Shown: piece by piece, positions 13,745 to 26,000 of the stretch
Layout: each line of letters opens with the position of its first letter
How positions within the stretch are numbered: the stretch's first letter is position 1
From: Yuukianura sp. NJ FZ-2021
Taxonomy: Eukaryota
Length of the DNA: 64,000 nucleotides
NCBI GenBank assembly: GCA_046563655.1
Contig: CM102286.1
Location: forward strand, 14,632,001 to 14,696,000
Direction of reading: 5' to 3'
Program-made: the position numbers and the translations under genes
The notes under the pieces: generated by a model
The model's input: the letters and a program-made list of their open reading frames with translations, nothing else
What the model was told of the DNA's origin: nothing
Database searches by the model: none

Positions 13745-13995
13745 ATGTGTGACGCTGTATTTTGGGTTTTGGTTTTGATTGTGTTGCTGCTTGGAGTAAT
13801 TGTGTACCAGATTCACCAAAAGTAAGAAACTTACTGTCCTAATTTTTTGTAACTGACAGAACGTTGTTGACCTTTGACCTGTTGTTTAGCAATCGCCTTC
13901 ATGCTGGCCATGGAGGCAATGGACATGGTGGGGCTGTCCGTGGTGGGGCTGGTATTCCAGGGCGAGTAGCAGTTTCAGGCTCATATTTCTACTAA
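13745..13995 (+). CDS. 60-aa single-TM or signal-anchor microprotein with Gly/His-rich tail
   Basis: Exons 13745-13821 and 13890-13995 (intron GTAAG...TTTAG) give MCDAVFWVLVLIVLLLGVIVYQIHQNNRLHAGHGGNGHGGAVRGGAGIPGRVAVSGSYFY*. Confidence 0.65.
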
Positions 13996-15893
13996 AAGTT
14001 ACTTTTTTGTCCTCGTAAGTTGACCTTTGACATTTGTACTTTTCTGACCCTTGACTTAATCCCTCGTTTTTCTTCTGTTTTTTTTAGAAACGGATGATTT
14101 TTTTTTCAGGTATTATATTGGTTACGTGATTGTACCCCGTTTTGAATCTTGCCAAACAAAAAAAGCGGGAACAATGTGACACTTTTGGACAACAATTCTT
14201 CTCACCTCGTCTCAGTTCATCGGCAAATCGCTTTTGTAAAATGTAAATCGTTTTTGAAAATAAAAAAAGGTGCGGGAAAAATTTTCCTAAGTTTTTTATT
14301 TTGATTAAAATTTGAAAGTCTTTATTTTACATTCGAGTCTCTTGATTTCCTGAAGCTTCTTTTTTTGTGAAAAATTAAAATTAGACTTTACGAGATTTAA
14401 CATCGAACAAGGTGTGTATTACCCGGAGGGCTAAAGAATGATAAAGTGGATTTGGGAGAAGTGACAGGTTGGAAAAAGTTTGTTGGCAGATTTATGGATC
14501 CGTGAGTTCGAGCCCAGCCACCAGCATCTCTCCAAATGTTTTCAAAAAAGACTTGGAAACACAACCACTCACCTGCTAGCACAAATCCAACATCCATCTT
14601 CCACTTTTGTATAAGAATCACTGGAAATTATGGGATTAGACATTAAGTTACTACACTACTCAACATACTCAAAAACTGAAATTTTGAATTTGAAAACATT
14701 GAATTTTAATTTTTAGAATTTTCGAAGTTGATGAGTGAAAGGAGAAAGTAGATGATGATGTCAATTGAAAGTTGACAGAAGAGTGTTGATTGGCTCTGCT
14801 GGAATCCACGATTTCAAATTGAAATTGAGCGCCACAAATCAGCTTCTTTGAAAGCGTCCCTCTGCGACTGCGCGGGAGATTTGAAAGTCATGGCCTCCCG
14901 CCGACATTTGAATTTCCCCCGTCCAGACTCCACTTCCGGTGGGAACTCCATCGACCCACGCAAACTTCGGAGGTGGGAACTTCTGGTTTGAATTTCCTCC
15001 TGCTCAGTTCCAGTCTCAACCTTCCCCAAATCAATCAAAAGACTAACAGAATTTAGTCCCCCCGCGGGAACCAACTTTTATTGGAGGGAATTTCAAAATG
15101 GTTGGAAGTGGATCGGAGTGTCCTTGGTTGTGGTTGGATCCAAGGAATTTCATCTTCCTCTCCCGCATTCCACACAGATCAAAAGTCAACCATCTCCTTC
15201 ATCCTCCCGCTTTGTGGGAAATTCAAAAGTTGCTACTTGTACATTGTGTTTTGGTTATAAGTCTAAGTGTTTCACATGAACATGAGGATGTTTGTGAATT
15301 AATTTGAATTTGAAAGTGGGATGAATTCCCGCTGTCAGATTGAACTCTTGTCCATTCCCGCCTTTTGTCTGCAGATGATGGAGAGCCTGCTTTCCAACAT
15401 CCACCGACTTCTTAACAAAAGTCTTCTCAATTCTTTGAATCTCTCACAAATGGATTTTTAGAATCCTCAGCCAAGATGCAGAGGTCAAAGGTCAACTAAA
15501 AATTCAAATTCAAAGTTACTTATTCTGAGTATTCCGTATGTTATTGTCCTTTTCCGATGTCGAGTACATTCACTTATTATAATTTAACGCTTATTTTTGA
15601 TAGAAGTTCAACCTGTCAATCTTCTCTTTGGGGAAGAACTTTTAATTTTTGAGTTCAGGGAGGTTAACAACATCTTACAATGCACTCAAAGTAAAAAAAT
15701 TGAAAAGTTTTCAAAATTTTAGCACTTTGAAACAATTAGGTTTTAGTAAAAACATTTCTTTTTCGAAACTATAAAATGTTTTGCATGGGGATAAAAAAAA
15801 TTAAACCCGGTTCAGGATTTGTTTTGAAAGTTTTCAATTTTCCGAACTTTTACTAACTGAAGTTGAGTCAAAGTTGAAACTGCAGAAATCAAC

Positions 15894-16296
15894 ATGAGGC
15901 AAGAAGGAAAGTATCAAAAGTGTTTTTAGTAATCGGATTTTTTAACAATGCAAAATTATCTTTTGTTTTAGATTTTTGGTCGTTTGTGTTTTAATTTCCA
16001 TCTTTGGAGTTGCAATTGACGCTTCAGCATTAAGTACTAATGCCCAGAACAATTCTAATTTGGGGTCAACCAGTTTGTCTGGAGAGGTCAAAGGTCATGA
16101 AGAAGCTGACCAAGGTCAACAGAGGAAGCTGACGAACAAGTGCACCAGTCAGACGCAAAGTAGTCAGTGCAATGTCCACTGCAGCAATCGAAGTCCGCCG
16201 TGCCTTGCAGCTTCCTGCAGCAGTGGAAGATGCAAATGCAGACGCTGTTCCAAATCCAAGCCCGAGGAAAATATAGGTAGGATGCTCAAGGGTTGA
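15894..16296 (+). CDS. Secreted 8-Cys CS-alpha-beta defensin-like prepropeptide, copy 1
   Basis: A micro-exon starting at ATG 15894 joins exon 15972-16296. The product has a signal peptide, an acidic pro-region, RK, and then C-x8-C-x3-C-x6-C-x4-C-x4-C-x-C-x2-C. Confidence 0.8.
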
Positions 16297-16890
16297 GCAT
16301 TGAGCATTGAGCAAAATTACGATTTATTTCAAAATTATTTTCAAAATTTTCTGAAAATTGGAAAATAAAATAAACTTGGTATTGAGCAGATTTCTTAAAA
16401 CTAGGACTCACATTAAGTCATCTCAAATGTTTCGCATCCTGAGCCAAGATACAGAGGTCAAAGGTCAACTCAAAATCCAAATTCAGACTTAAACATAACT
16501 TATTCTGAGGATTCCTTATGTTATTGTTCCTCTTCTGATGTCGAGTACATTCACTTATTATAATTTGCTCTCTTTTTTTTTGCTAAAAGTTCAACCTGCC
16601 AATCTTTTCTTCCGTCATGAACTCTTAGTCTTTGAGTTCATGGAGGTTGTTAACATTTTACAATGGCTTCAAACTAAGAAAATTGAAAAGTTGTCAAAAT
16701 TTTATCACTTTGACACAATTAGGTTTTGGTAAAAACATTTTCTTCGAAACTATAAAACTTTTTGTACATGGATAAAAAAAATCAAACTCTGTTCTGGATT
16801 TGATTTGAAACTTTTTAGAACTGTTGAAGTTGGAAAATTTGAACTAAAAGTTGAGTTGAATGCGAAATTTTTTGAGCTCCAGGAATCATA

Positions 16891-17294
16891 ATGAGGTAAA
16901 AAGGGATGTATCAACAGTGTTTTTTTTTAGTTTTTAGATTTTTTTAACATTGCAAAATTCTTTTTGTTCCAGATTAGTGGTCCTTTGCGTTTTAATTTCC
17001 ATGTTGAGAGCTGGAATTGAAGCATCCGCACTAACTAATGATGTCCGGACCAATTCGGATTTGGGGTCAACTCCTGGAGAGGTCAAAGGTCATGAAGAAG
17101 CTGACCAAGATGAGGAGGGTGCTGACCAAGGTCAACCAAGGAAGCTGACCAGCAAGTGCTCAAGTAGCGCACAATATAGTCAGTGCAAGGCCTTCTGCAG
17201 CAATCGAAGTCCGCCGTGCCGTGGAGCTTACTGCAGCCCCGGAAGATGCAAATGCAGACGCTGTTCCAAATCAACCTCCAATATCGGGGCTTAA
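16891..17294 (+). CDS. Secreted 8-Cys CS-alpha-beta defensin-like prepropeptide, copy 2
   Basis: Exon 16891-16895 (ATGAG|GTAAAA) plus exon 16973-17294 gives MRLVVLCVLISML...RKLTSKCSSSAQYSQCKAFCSNRSPPCRGAYCSPGRCKCRRCSKSTSNIGA*. Confidence 0.83.
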
Positions 17295-18890
17295 AAAATT
17301 GAATTCATTGAAATTAGATTTTAAAAAATAAAAGGTTTTCAAAATTTTCTGAAAATGTACAAATAAAGAACAAAGAATTGGCATTTGTTGAGAGTCGTCA
17401 ATAGATGGCGCTCCAATCATCACATCAACATTTTCTCTCCTCTCAAAGGATAAAACACGATTGAAATGTTTCAAAGTTTGTATTTTTCAAATTTCCAAAA
17501 AAAAAAATTTAGAAACGGATTTTTGAATTCACTTGGAAAATTTTAAAATTACTAAAAGTTGGTTTTGACTGGTACGACTCGAGGTCAAACGAATAAATTC
17601 TTTGAAAATGTTACAAATTATGAAACAACTTTCGAAATTTTATTTTTTTGAAACGTAAGGGATTTCCACTAATCTCAGGGCGAAGGGCGAGAGTGAGCCC
17701 TTAAGGGTCCCAGAAGTTAAGTGTCAATGAGCACTATAAATCAAAGAGTGATCATAAAAGTCATAAAACGAAATCATGTTCTGCTTGTTCAAACAAGATT
17801 AAAACAACTTCAAAATTTACTGATTGTTTAATTACTGATCAAATCAACAACTAAATCAAAACCCAGCGAAATTTCTGAAGAGTTTTAATTTTTTCACTTT
17901 TTCAAAATTTTGAAATTTACTCAAAACGGTTAAGTTTATAACCCGGTTTGGGAGGGCATAAAATATTTTTGAGTTTCACTTTTTTGAAGTTGTTGAGTTG
18001 TATCGTTTGAATTTCGAATAGGGGGGCCCTTAAAGTCACCTTTATTGTTGTTGACATTTGAGTGTCTCTGGGAGTCATGTCCAAGGGGAGGGTAGGTACT
18101 TAAGGGCCCTCACTGCTTTTTCAAAAAGATTTTTGAAAAAGTATTTTTCAAAAGAATTTGAAATAAGAGAACAATGAAAAAAACGGGATTTTTATGAGAA
18201 AACGGTTTAAGAGAAATTCAAAGATTTTGTTGTTCAAACGAAACGGGGAGGGAAAGTCAAATCCTGATTTTTTTTGAAAAATTTCAAATTCAAAGGACGA
18301 AAGTTACAAACCGTTTTTCCACGCCCTTTTCAAAAGCGAATTGAAAAAAGAATCTTCGTCTTGTGAGTTCTTTTTTCTTTGTTCAAACACCAAAACTTCC
18401 TTTTTCAACTTTTGTCACATTTTTCGGATACTTTGGCTCCTCTGTTCAAAATCAGTCAGTTGGAAACCAAAAATTCTAAAGTTTCTAACAAGGTTTTTAC
18501 AAAAACGAGGATGAATTCATTAAGTTCTTCTTCTTTTTGAGAAGTTGAACAAAAACAGTTTCTATTTTAGAAAAGCGGAGAATAATTTCCAACATCTGGA
18601 AGCAGTAGCTGTCTAACTTTGTTTACATTTTCAACTTTGTTCTTAGAAAAAAACACTTTTCTTAAAAGAAATACAAAACGGCAGTGTTTAGTCTTAGCCA
18701 AAAAATGTAGTTTTTGAAGTTTTTTTTCAGAATTTTCACAAGTCAGAACAAATTAACAACTATGAAGAATTTGAAGAGGGAGAGCAGAAAATGCTTTCAC
18801 TTTTGAGAATTTCCCTCCTCTCTGGAAGCATCTTTTGCAGAAACTGTCAAGTGGAGTTTAATATCCCAATCCAAAATAATTCCACTCCCG

Positions 18891-18980
18891 CCACGGTAGC
18901 CACCAATCGATGCCACCACTGCAGCCACCAATCGATGCCACCACTGCAGCCACCAATCGATGCCACCAGCGTAGCCACCA
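18891..18980. repeat. 25-bp tandem repeat, about 3.6 copies
   Basis: Unit CCACTGCAGCCACCAATCGATGCCA. Confidence 0.85.
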
Positions 18981-19689
18981 TCCTTAGGATTCCCTTATTG
19001 GGGGATTTAGAGTGTGGTGGATCGAAGTCTGGTTGGAATTGGGGGAAAGTGGAGTGATTTTGAGAAGAAGCGGAGAGTGTCAGTTGCAGTTGACAGATCC
19101 ACCCTCCACTCGGAGTCTGTTTCACATCGACCCACTTCAGACTCAACGCAAGGTCAAAGGTCAACATTAAACACAACTTTATGAAATACTTCAACATCAT
19201 CAATTACAAATGTCACACACAGCCACTGCATCCCAATGGCACAAACAGCCACTGCATCACAATGTCATCCAAGTCAAGAAAAAAAGAAAACGACTCCCTC
19301 TGACATCAATCAAATCGTCATCTTCATTCCACTCGAAAAACAACAAAACTTTTATAGAAAAAGTGAAAAAACTACAAAAAGTTTTCTAGAAACTGTATAT
19401 AACGTGAAAAGCAAGTTTGAAGAAAAGTTTGAACGGCGAGGAACTTTGAAAAAGCTTGAAGTTGAATTACAGGAGAAATTTTTTTCAAAGTTGGGGCAAT
19501 TTGAGTTTTGCAAAAGTTTCTCATAATTTTGTGGTTTGTGTGTGACAGAGTTCTTTGAATTTTGAAAAGCGAAGCCGTGTTTCCTTTGCTGTCTTTTTCA
19601 ATTCAGTTTTGACAGGAGAAAAGTCTGTAATTGGAATTAATGGACATTTGCCATTCTGCAGGTTCAGAAGAGGCAGCGTCAGTACTTGT

Positions 19690-19840
19690 GTGGAAAAGGG
19701 GGCGGAGTCAAGGAGGCAAGGGGGCGGGGTGAAGGGGGCAAACGAGTTGAGGGGGAGGAGCCACGGTGGGTGGCTCCGCCTCCCGCTGAACAGTCGGCGG
19801 ACAAGAGTTGCTTGATTGACGGCCTTTCAGTCAGTCAAAG
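19690..19840 (+). promoter_or_regulatory. Probable hth promoter
   Basis: Local GC-rich island with GC boxes (GGGGCGGAG, GGGGCGGGG, CTCCGCCTCCC), TGATTGACGG and an Inr-like TCAGT, about 200 bp upstream of the hth ATG. Confidence 0.5.
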
Positions 19841-20040
19841 AACGTCAGCGCAACTCATCGCAACTCACGCTAAAAAGACTTTGGTCACCACTGGACACTT
19901 GAGTGACCCAGGTCAAGTCACCTCTTCACTGTGTTGTGTGTGCCAAATTTGCAGTTTACACTTTTGCTAGTCCAGTTTTAGACAGTTTGTGAGTGGAGTG
20001 AAAGTGGGTCAAAGGTCAACTGGAAAATTAATTTCGGATC

Positions 20041-23000
20041 ATGTCACAACCAAGGGTGAGTTTAAAAAAAATCAAAATTTCATCCCCCATTTCACTTCTG
20101 TGCCAAAAGAGCGGGGAAATTCAAAAGTGTGAACAATTCAAATGATTTGTAGTTTTCCATTTGAATGAATTTAAACAGAAATGTCATAAATTACGCCACT
20201 CTTCCTGTGACGAGGTCATTCGAGATTCGAGTGACCTCGGAGGTCAACTTGGACAACTGAAACAGGCAGAATAATTTATGTGGTGTTGGTAGCCTCATCT
20301 CCATAATTCATTGCGACACACGCTGCTCCATTTACGTCAAACACAACTTGACCTCTCACAGAAACCAGACGAAGAGGTCACATTTTTATCAAAAACAGAC
20401 TCAAAGACGCAGAGATTCAAACTTACTTGGCAGTTTGGACAAAAATAGAAATTACATTTCACTTTTTAACTTTGACGCCAATAATCCAAAAAGTAAAAGA
20501 GAGACAGGATCTCTGCATGGGGTGACTAGACAGAGACATTAGACCCCTTAAGGGCCCCCCTCCACAACAATGGACTAAAACAACAATTTCCCAGGAGGTA
20601 AAACACCGTCGTCAACAAAAAGATCATTCGACCAATCAGAGCACTTTTTGTGGACAGTGACTGATTGGCGGTGGATTTCAATTTCAAAACTCAAAGAGTC
20701 AAAAGCTGTCTGGTCACTTAAAAAATCCATCAAAGTCCCGGGGTCCCTTCGGGGTTCACTGAGGCCCTTCAAGGGCTCCTTTGAAAAGCAAAATCCCAAA
20801 TTATCCTCACAGTCGGAACTTTTTTCCAAAAAAAAATAGAAAACAAGAAAATCATTTCCCGAAATGAACAAAATCATCCGATTCCCCTCATTTCGAATTT
20901 CATTTTGTTCGGATTTCCGGAATTTGACTTTGATTTATGAGGGTGGTCCTGAGGGGGCCCTTGGCCAAGGGCCCTTCGACTTTCAGTTTCAGTCGACAGT
21001 CGAATGGTGGCTCTCTGCCAGGCGACATCAAAATAGAAACAACTTTTGAAATTGCAAATTCTGGATTTTGGCACATCAGCACAAATCCTTTGTTTGTGAA
21101 AGTTGATATGAGCTCCATTCAGAACAAAATCCAAGTTTAATCTCTGTTTGATTGTGTCCAGAAGTGTCACTGGACACAAAAAGATATTGTTTGTTCTGTG
21201 GAGTGCTAAGCTGTCGGTGGTTGGCAAACAGATTCGCCACTTCATAAATTGCGCTCCGAAAGCGCGATGAAAAGTGCGAGTGAGTGCGTCGAACAAGTTT
21301 TTACTGGAGTTATCGACGGAGCACACGCAAAGGTTTGCATTTAATTTGTACACAAACCAACTGCCGACCGATGCGTGTCTCCCAAACAGAAATTGTGTTA
21401 AGCGCACCTCGGAAGAAACCGATAATCAGACTCAAATGAACACAAAAAGTTCGTGAGAAACAAAAGAAAAGTGCAGTGCAATTAAACTCCATTTTTCTGC
21501 TTTTTTAAATTTTGTTTTGTGGGAAGATTCAAAAGCTCAGCACGCAAAACACAAAACTATTTTGGAACTCGCAAATTATTTGCACAAAATCTGCGTAATT
21601 GCCACTTTGAACTTGTTCCTGTCAGACGATTTTTTGAAAAACACTTGAAAAACGTTTCAATTCAAAATTTAAAAAAAGTTTCAAGTGTTGAAATTCAAGT
21701 GTGCGTTTCCTCTTTTTCCACGAAAGAAACGAAATGGGTTTGGTTGGATTTTGGGTTGGTTTCGAATTTCACCAAAAATCAACCAACTGCTCCTCAAACT
21801 AAAATTTTCATGTTGAAAAAAATCTCCCCTCTGACACATGGTGGCGTAATTTGAAATGAACATTTCAAATTTGGAAATTCCCGCCATGACACTAAACCTC
21901 CGTAATTAGGAAGTTGGCACTTAAGTTGAATTGTCACTCGGGACAGGATTAGAGTCGTGTGGCTTAAAAAGACAAAATGGAATCTCCAGCCACACGCTCA
22001 AATTCACCCATTTTCAAATTCCCGCTTTTTGAAATCCATTTTGGAGGGATTAAAACTAATTCCGACTTTTAACTTTTCAGTATGACGATGGTTTGGCAGT
22101 GTATCCGAACATGGATGGGATGTATGACCCCCATGGTGGGCACAGGTCACTCCCACCTCTGCCCCACCCCTCGCCCCACATGAACCACAACATGCACCAG
22201 TTCCATGGCAACCACGGTGGCAACCTTGGCAACCACGTCCTAGGGGCAGTGCCCGATGTCCACAAGAGAGACAAAGACGCAATCTACGGGTGAGTAACTT
22301 TTTAAACTTTTCTGAAATTTTGAAAAAGTATCAAAATTCCAATTTTTTGGTTTTGATTTTCAGTCACCCCCTCTTCCCCCTCCTTGCTCTCATTTTTGAA
22401 AAGTGTGAATTGGCGACATGCACCCCACGTGACCCCGGAGTGGCTGGAGGCGACGTCTGTTCGTCCGAATCATTCAACGAAGACATTGCAGTTTTTTCAA
22501 AACAGGTAAAAATAAAAATGAAATTTTGAAATATAAGTTGAATTGTCCATTTCAAGAGATGAAATGGGAGTAGTTTAGTGGGAGTCTGGATGTCTCTGCA
22601 GGGGAGACGACTCTTCCTGCATTTCAATGCGTTGTGTGTCCCTCCATCGCTGTTTCAGTGGCGGCCAGTTTCAAATTCTGTTCAAAATGTTCAGTTCAAG
22701 TGCCTCCATTCAGAGTCCGCCACTGCAGGATTTATCAGTTGAATCTTCATCTCAAAGTGCCCAAGGAAAAACTCTGCTGAATCAGAAGATAAGGGCCCCT
22801 TGCGTGTAGAAACGAAGGGCTCGAGGGGGGACTTACAAACGATCCAGGGTCACTTGGACTCACGATGAAGCTCAATGAATAGCATTATGCCCAACCACGA
22901 CAGCCTCAACGCAACTCAGGAGCACCCGAACTAAGGTCCTTCAAGGGCCCCTGCAAACAACTCTGAATTAAAGTGATCCAGATGCTTGAGCAGACGAAAA

Positions 23001-26000
23001 GGCTCCAAGGGCCCCCTTTTACACAAGCAACAAACAATTCAAAAACTACACAAAAAATCACCATAAAAAGGAAACATTTTGGAAACGGAATCTCTTTTCC
23101 CAGAAAATTTCAAAAAAAGTTTGAACAATGGAGCCCTGCAGCCTTCGTCGTAAAAACCTCAAGACACACGCGGCAGAATCCAAAAATTCTGCTTGGTCAC
23201 TGCGAAGTGAATTTTGAAATGGACTTTCGCGCGAGCAGTTTGCATTCAAAAGTTTTTCATCTCGATTTCATCTTCGTCATCCATCAAATTCACAAAAGAA
23301 AACAAAAGTCCATCGGAACAAGGTTCTTTTGATTCCAAAAAAAGAGCGCCAGAATTTGAATCTCAAAGGAATGCGGAGGTGGTTGCTTTTGAAGGAATTT
23401 TGAAAATCGAGGGCTGAAAAACTCCGTTTGAAGATGCTGGAGGGAAAGAAAGTGATTTACGACATGAACATCAAGGAGATTTACGACCACAAACAAAACT
23501 CATCTTGAAGGAATCCAATTATGCGCAGACGCAGTCCACACTCTCACCTGTCAATCAGCACATGCAGAATCCATGGGAACAGAAAACAGAATTTCCAAAT
23601 TCTGATGCAAAGTTCTCGGATTTTGTTCCACCGAAAAAGTTTTTTGAAAAGCGTTTTGTGTTCCATTATGAAACGAAACCTTCGAATTTTGAACACAAAA
23701 GCCTAAAAAGTGAAACCCTGAATTTGAAGGGACCCTCCAAAGTCCCTCGTTTTGTTCCCAAGGGCCCCCTGTCCCCTTCTCTCTTCCAGACAAAGCGTCA
23801 ATTGAACTGAATTTGAAATTTGGAAAAGAGAAACGTTGATTGGAGCTTTTGTGTTTCAATCAAAAACTTCCCTCGGCTGCAAATGGCCAGCAGAAACTGG
23901 AACAAACCAACAAATGAAAAAAACACAAAGGAATCTGCAGTCGGAATTTGTTGTTTTTGAAATTCACACTTCGATCGGAATCTTAATTGCGATCTGTGAG
24001 AAGACTCGTGTTAAATTTCACAGTGGAGAAATAAATTGTTTGTGCCGCTGCGTGGACAGACAGATTAATGTCTTCATCTGCAAACGAAAATGAAACTCAC
24101 GAGGAAAAAAATCAGTTTGACCTTTGACATTTCAAATTGCGAATCATCTTCCATTGTTTGTCTTTTTTGGTCATTTGCAAAAACTTTCATCTCCACTTGG
24201 ACATTGGCCAACTTGAAATTGACTTTGAAGGTCAATTGTGAATTTCGTGAGTGTGAATAAGTGGTTTTGTTTGGTTGGATAAACAGAGGCTGTTTATCTT
24301 CTGTTTACACTTCGATTGTGTTCAACACTCAACAAACTCAAAAAAGCACAATATTTTCATCAACGTTTGAATTTTCCCACGTTTTAAGTTTTTTAAACAA
24401 TGGTGGAGATTGTTCAAAGCTGGAACACTTTTGTCCCAAAGTGGAACGAATCTAAAAATAACATTTGTTGCTAAAATTTCATTTCGTTTGTGTTGACTTC
24501 GTGTGTGTGTCACCACTTCAGAGATTTCCTGCTTCTGCGCAATCCAAAATCAGAACAAATTGAGTTGCTAGAAGTGAAATGAGATCCTTGTCTTTATGGC
24601 CGTCGCATGTTAAATGAATTCTGAAACTAAATTCTGGTTTTGCATGGACAAAATCAACTTCAAAGTGGATCACCTTCGGACACAACAAAAACAAAAACTG
24701 CACGCTTTTTTTGAATCTCGTAAAGTGATCTTTTAATTAGGATTTTCACTTTACGACCATGTTACGACTGCAGAGAGACAAAAGAACAAAAGAATCTCAT
24801 CTTCAGAGGGGCGGAGATCACTTTGGAAAAACAAAATTTCGAAATTTGGAGGTTGTTTCCAATTAAGAAGAGACTTCGAAGGGCCCTTGGACTTCAACAA
24901 GAGACTTCGAAGGGCCCTTCGACTTTTGCTGATTGACATTCAGACTCCCCACAGTTTTCGAAAAAAGATTTCGAAAAAAAATCTCTTGGTACCTGATTCT
25001 GTCCAAGAATTCGAAAATTCTTCCCTGCTGCGCAGACTCCAAGAGTTTGTGAGGTCCAGCATCTATGGCTGGAAAAGAGAGAGGGAAATTCAAACTTTTT
25101 TTGAAAGGGGGGACTTTTTAAAATTTGGAAGGGAGCCTTAAGTGAAAATCCCGCCGTTCGTTTGAATAATAAATCAAAAGGCGAAATCTAAAAAACAGAA
25201 TTTGAAATGAGGATAATTTCCCCCGTGGTTTCGCTGCTTCAGCGCCTTTTTTCAAAATCTCCCGCCAAAACGGAATTTGAAATTGAATCTCTTTTTGTTT
25301 TTTAGATTCGGCAGGAGAAGCCGTACTACATTGCAGATCCAGAAGTGGACTCTCTCGTAAGTACTCTCCATTCGTCCAAATTTTGAAATTGGTGGGAAGG
25401 GTGAATGATTCTGAAATGCATAAAGCACACCCAAAGGCCAAAAGTAATTGCAGCCTCGATGTGAGTAATCAAAGTAATCGACAAGTAATCACAGTAATCG
25501 AAGTGACCAATCCAAAAGAAACGCAAAGTGAACCATTTGACCTCTCACTTTTCAAAATGGCCGCCATCACGAAAACACTCCGACAGAGATCATGTTTCAA
25601 GAATTTGTTTCCACTCAACGACATGCCCAAAGTGGCTCATTGTGATTCTGCGCATGCGCTGTCTCTACCTGCGTCATTCCTCTGCTGGACAAAAGACAAT
25701 GGATTCTTGAGTGGAAAAATATTTGAAAGCAGAGACTCGTCTGACTCAAAACTAAAAAAAATTCAAGAAGATACGAAACTGGTTTTGGTTGAAGTTCGGC
25801 TCACGTCACAAAAAACTAAAAAAACACAAGTTTGGATTTCATTTTGAGTGGATTTATGGGCCATTCGAGACACCTTTGGACGCACCCTGCCACTCCACCA
25901 CTTCCACCATCACAATTTGTACTCTTGATTTACGACACAACAACAAACGACACGAAAAGTGATTGGAATGTGGCCAATGTTGCAAGTGGGTCAAATGTCA

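Larger units (their letters stand above)
15460..17370 (+). repeat. Tandem duplication, unit about 0.95 kb (~15460-16380 and ~16430-17370), each unit carrying one defensin-like gene and its promoter
   Basis: Collinear shared blocks: GCCAAGAT-CAGAGGTCAAAGGTCAACT, GATGTCGAGTACATTCACTTATTATAATTT, CGAAACTATAAAA and the coding exons. Confidence 0.9.

Noticed and set aside
14397..15700. Coding-like fragments on the minus strand (ORFs 14397-14621 and 14814-15074, plus stop-riddled frames upstream)
   Set aside because: No consistent exon chain or recognisable domain. At most a decayed pseudogene that I cannot identify.
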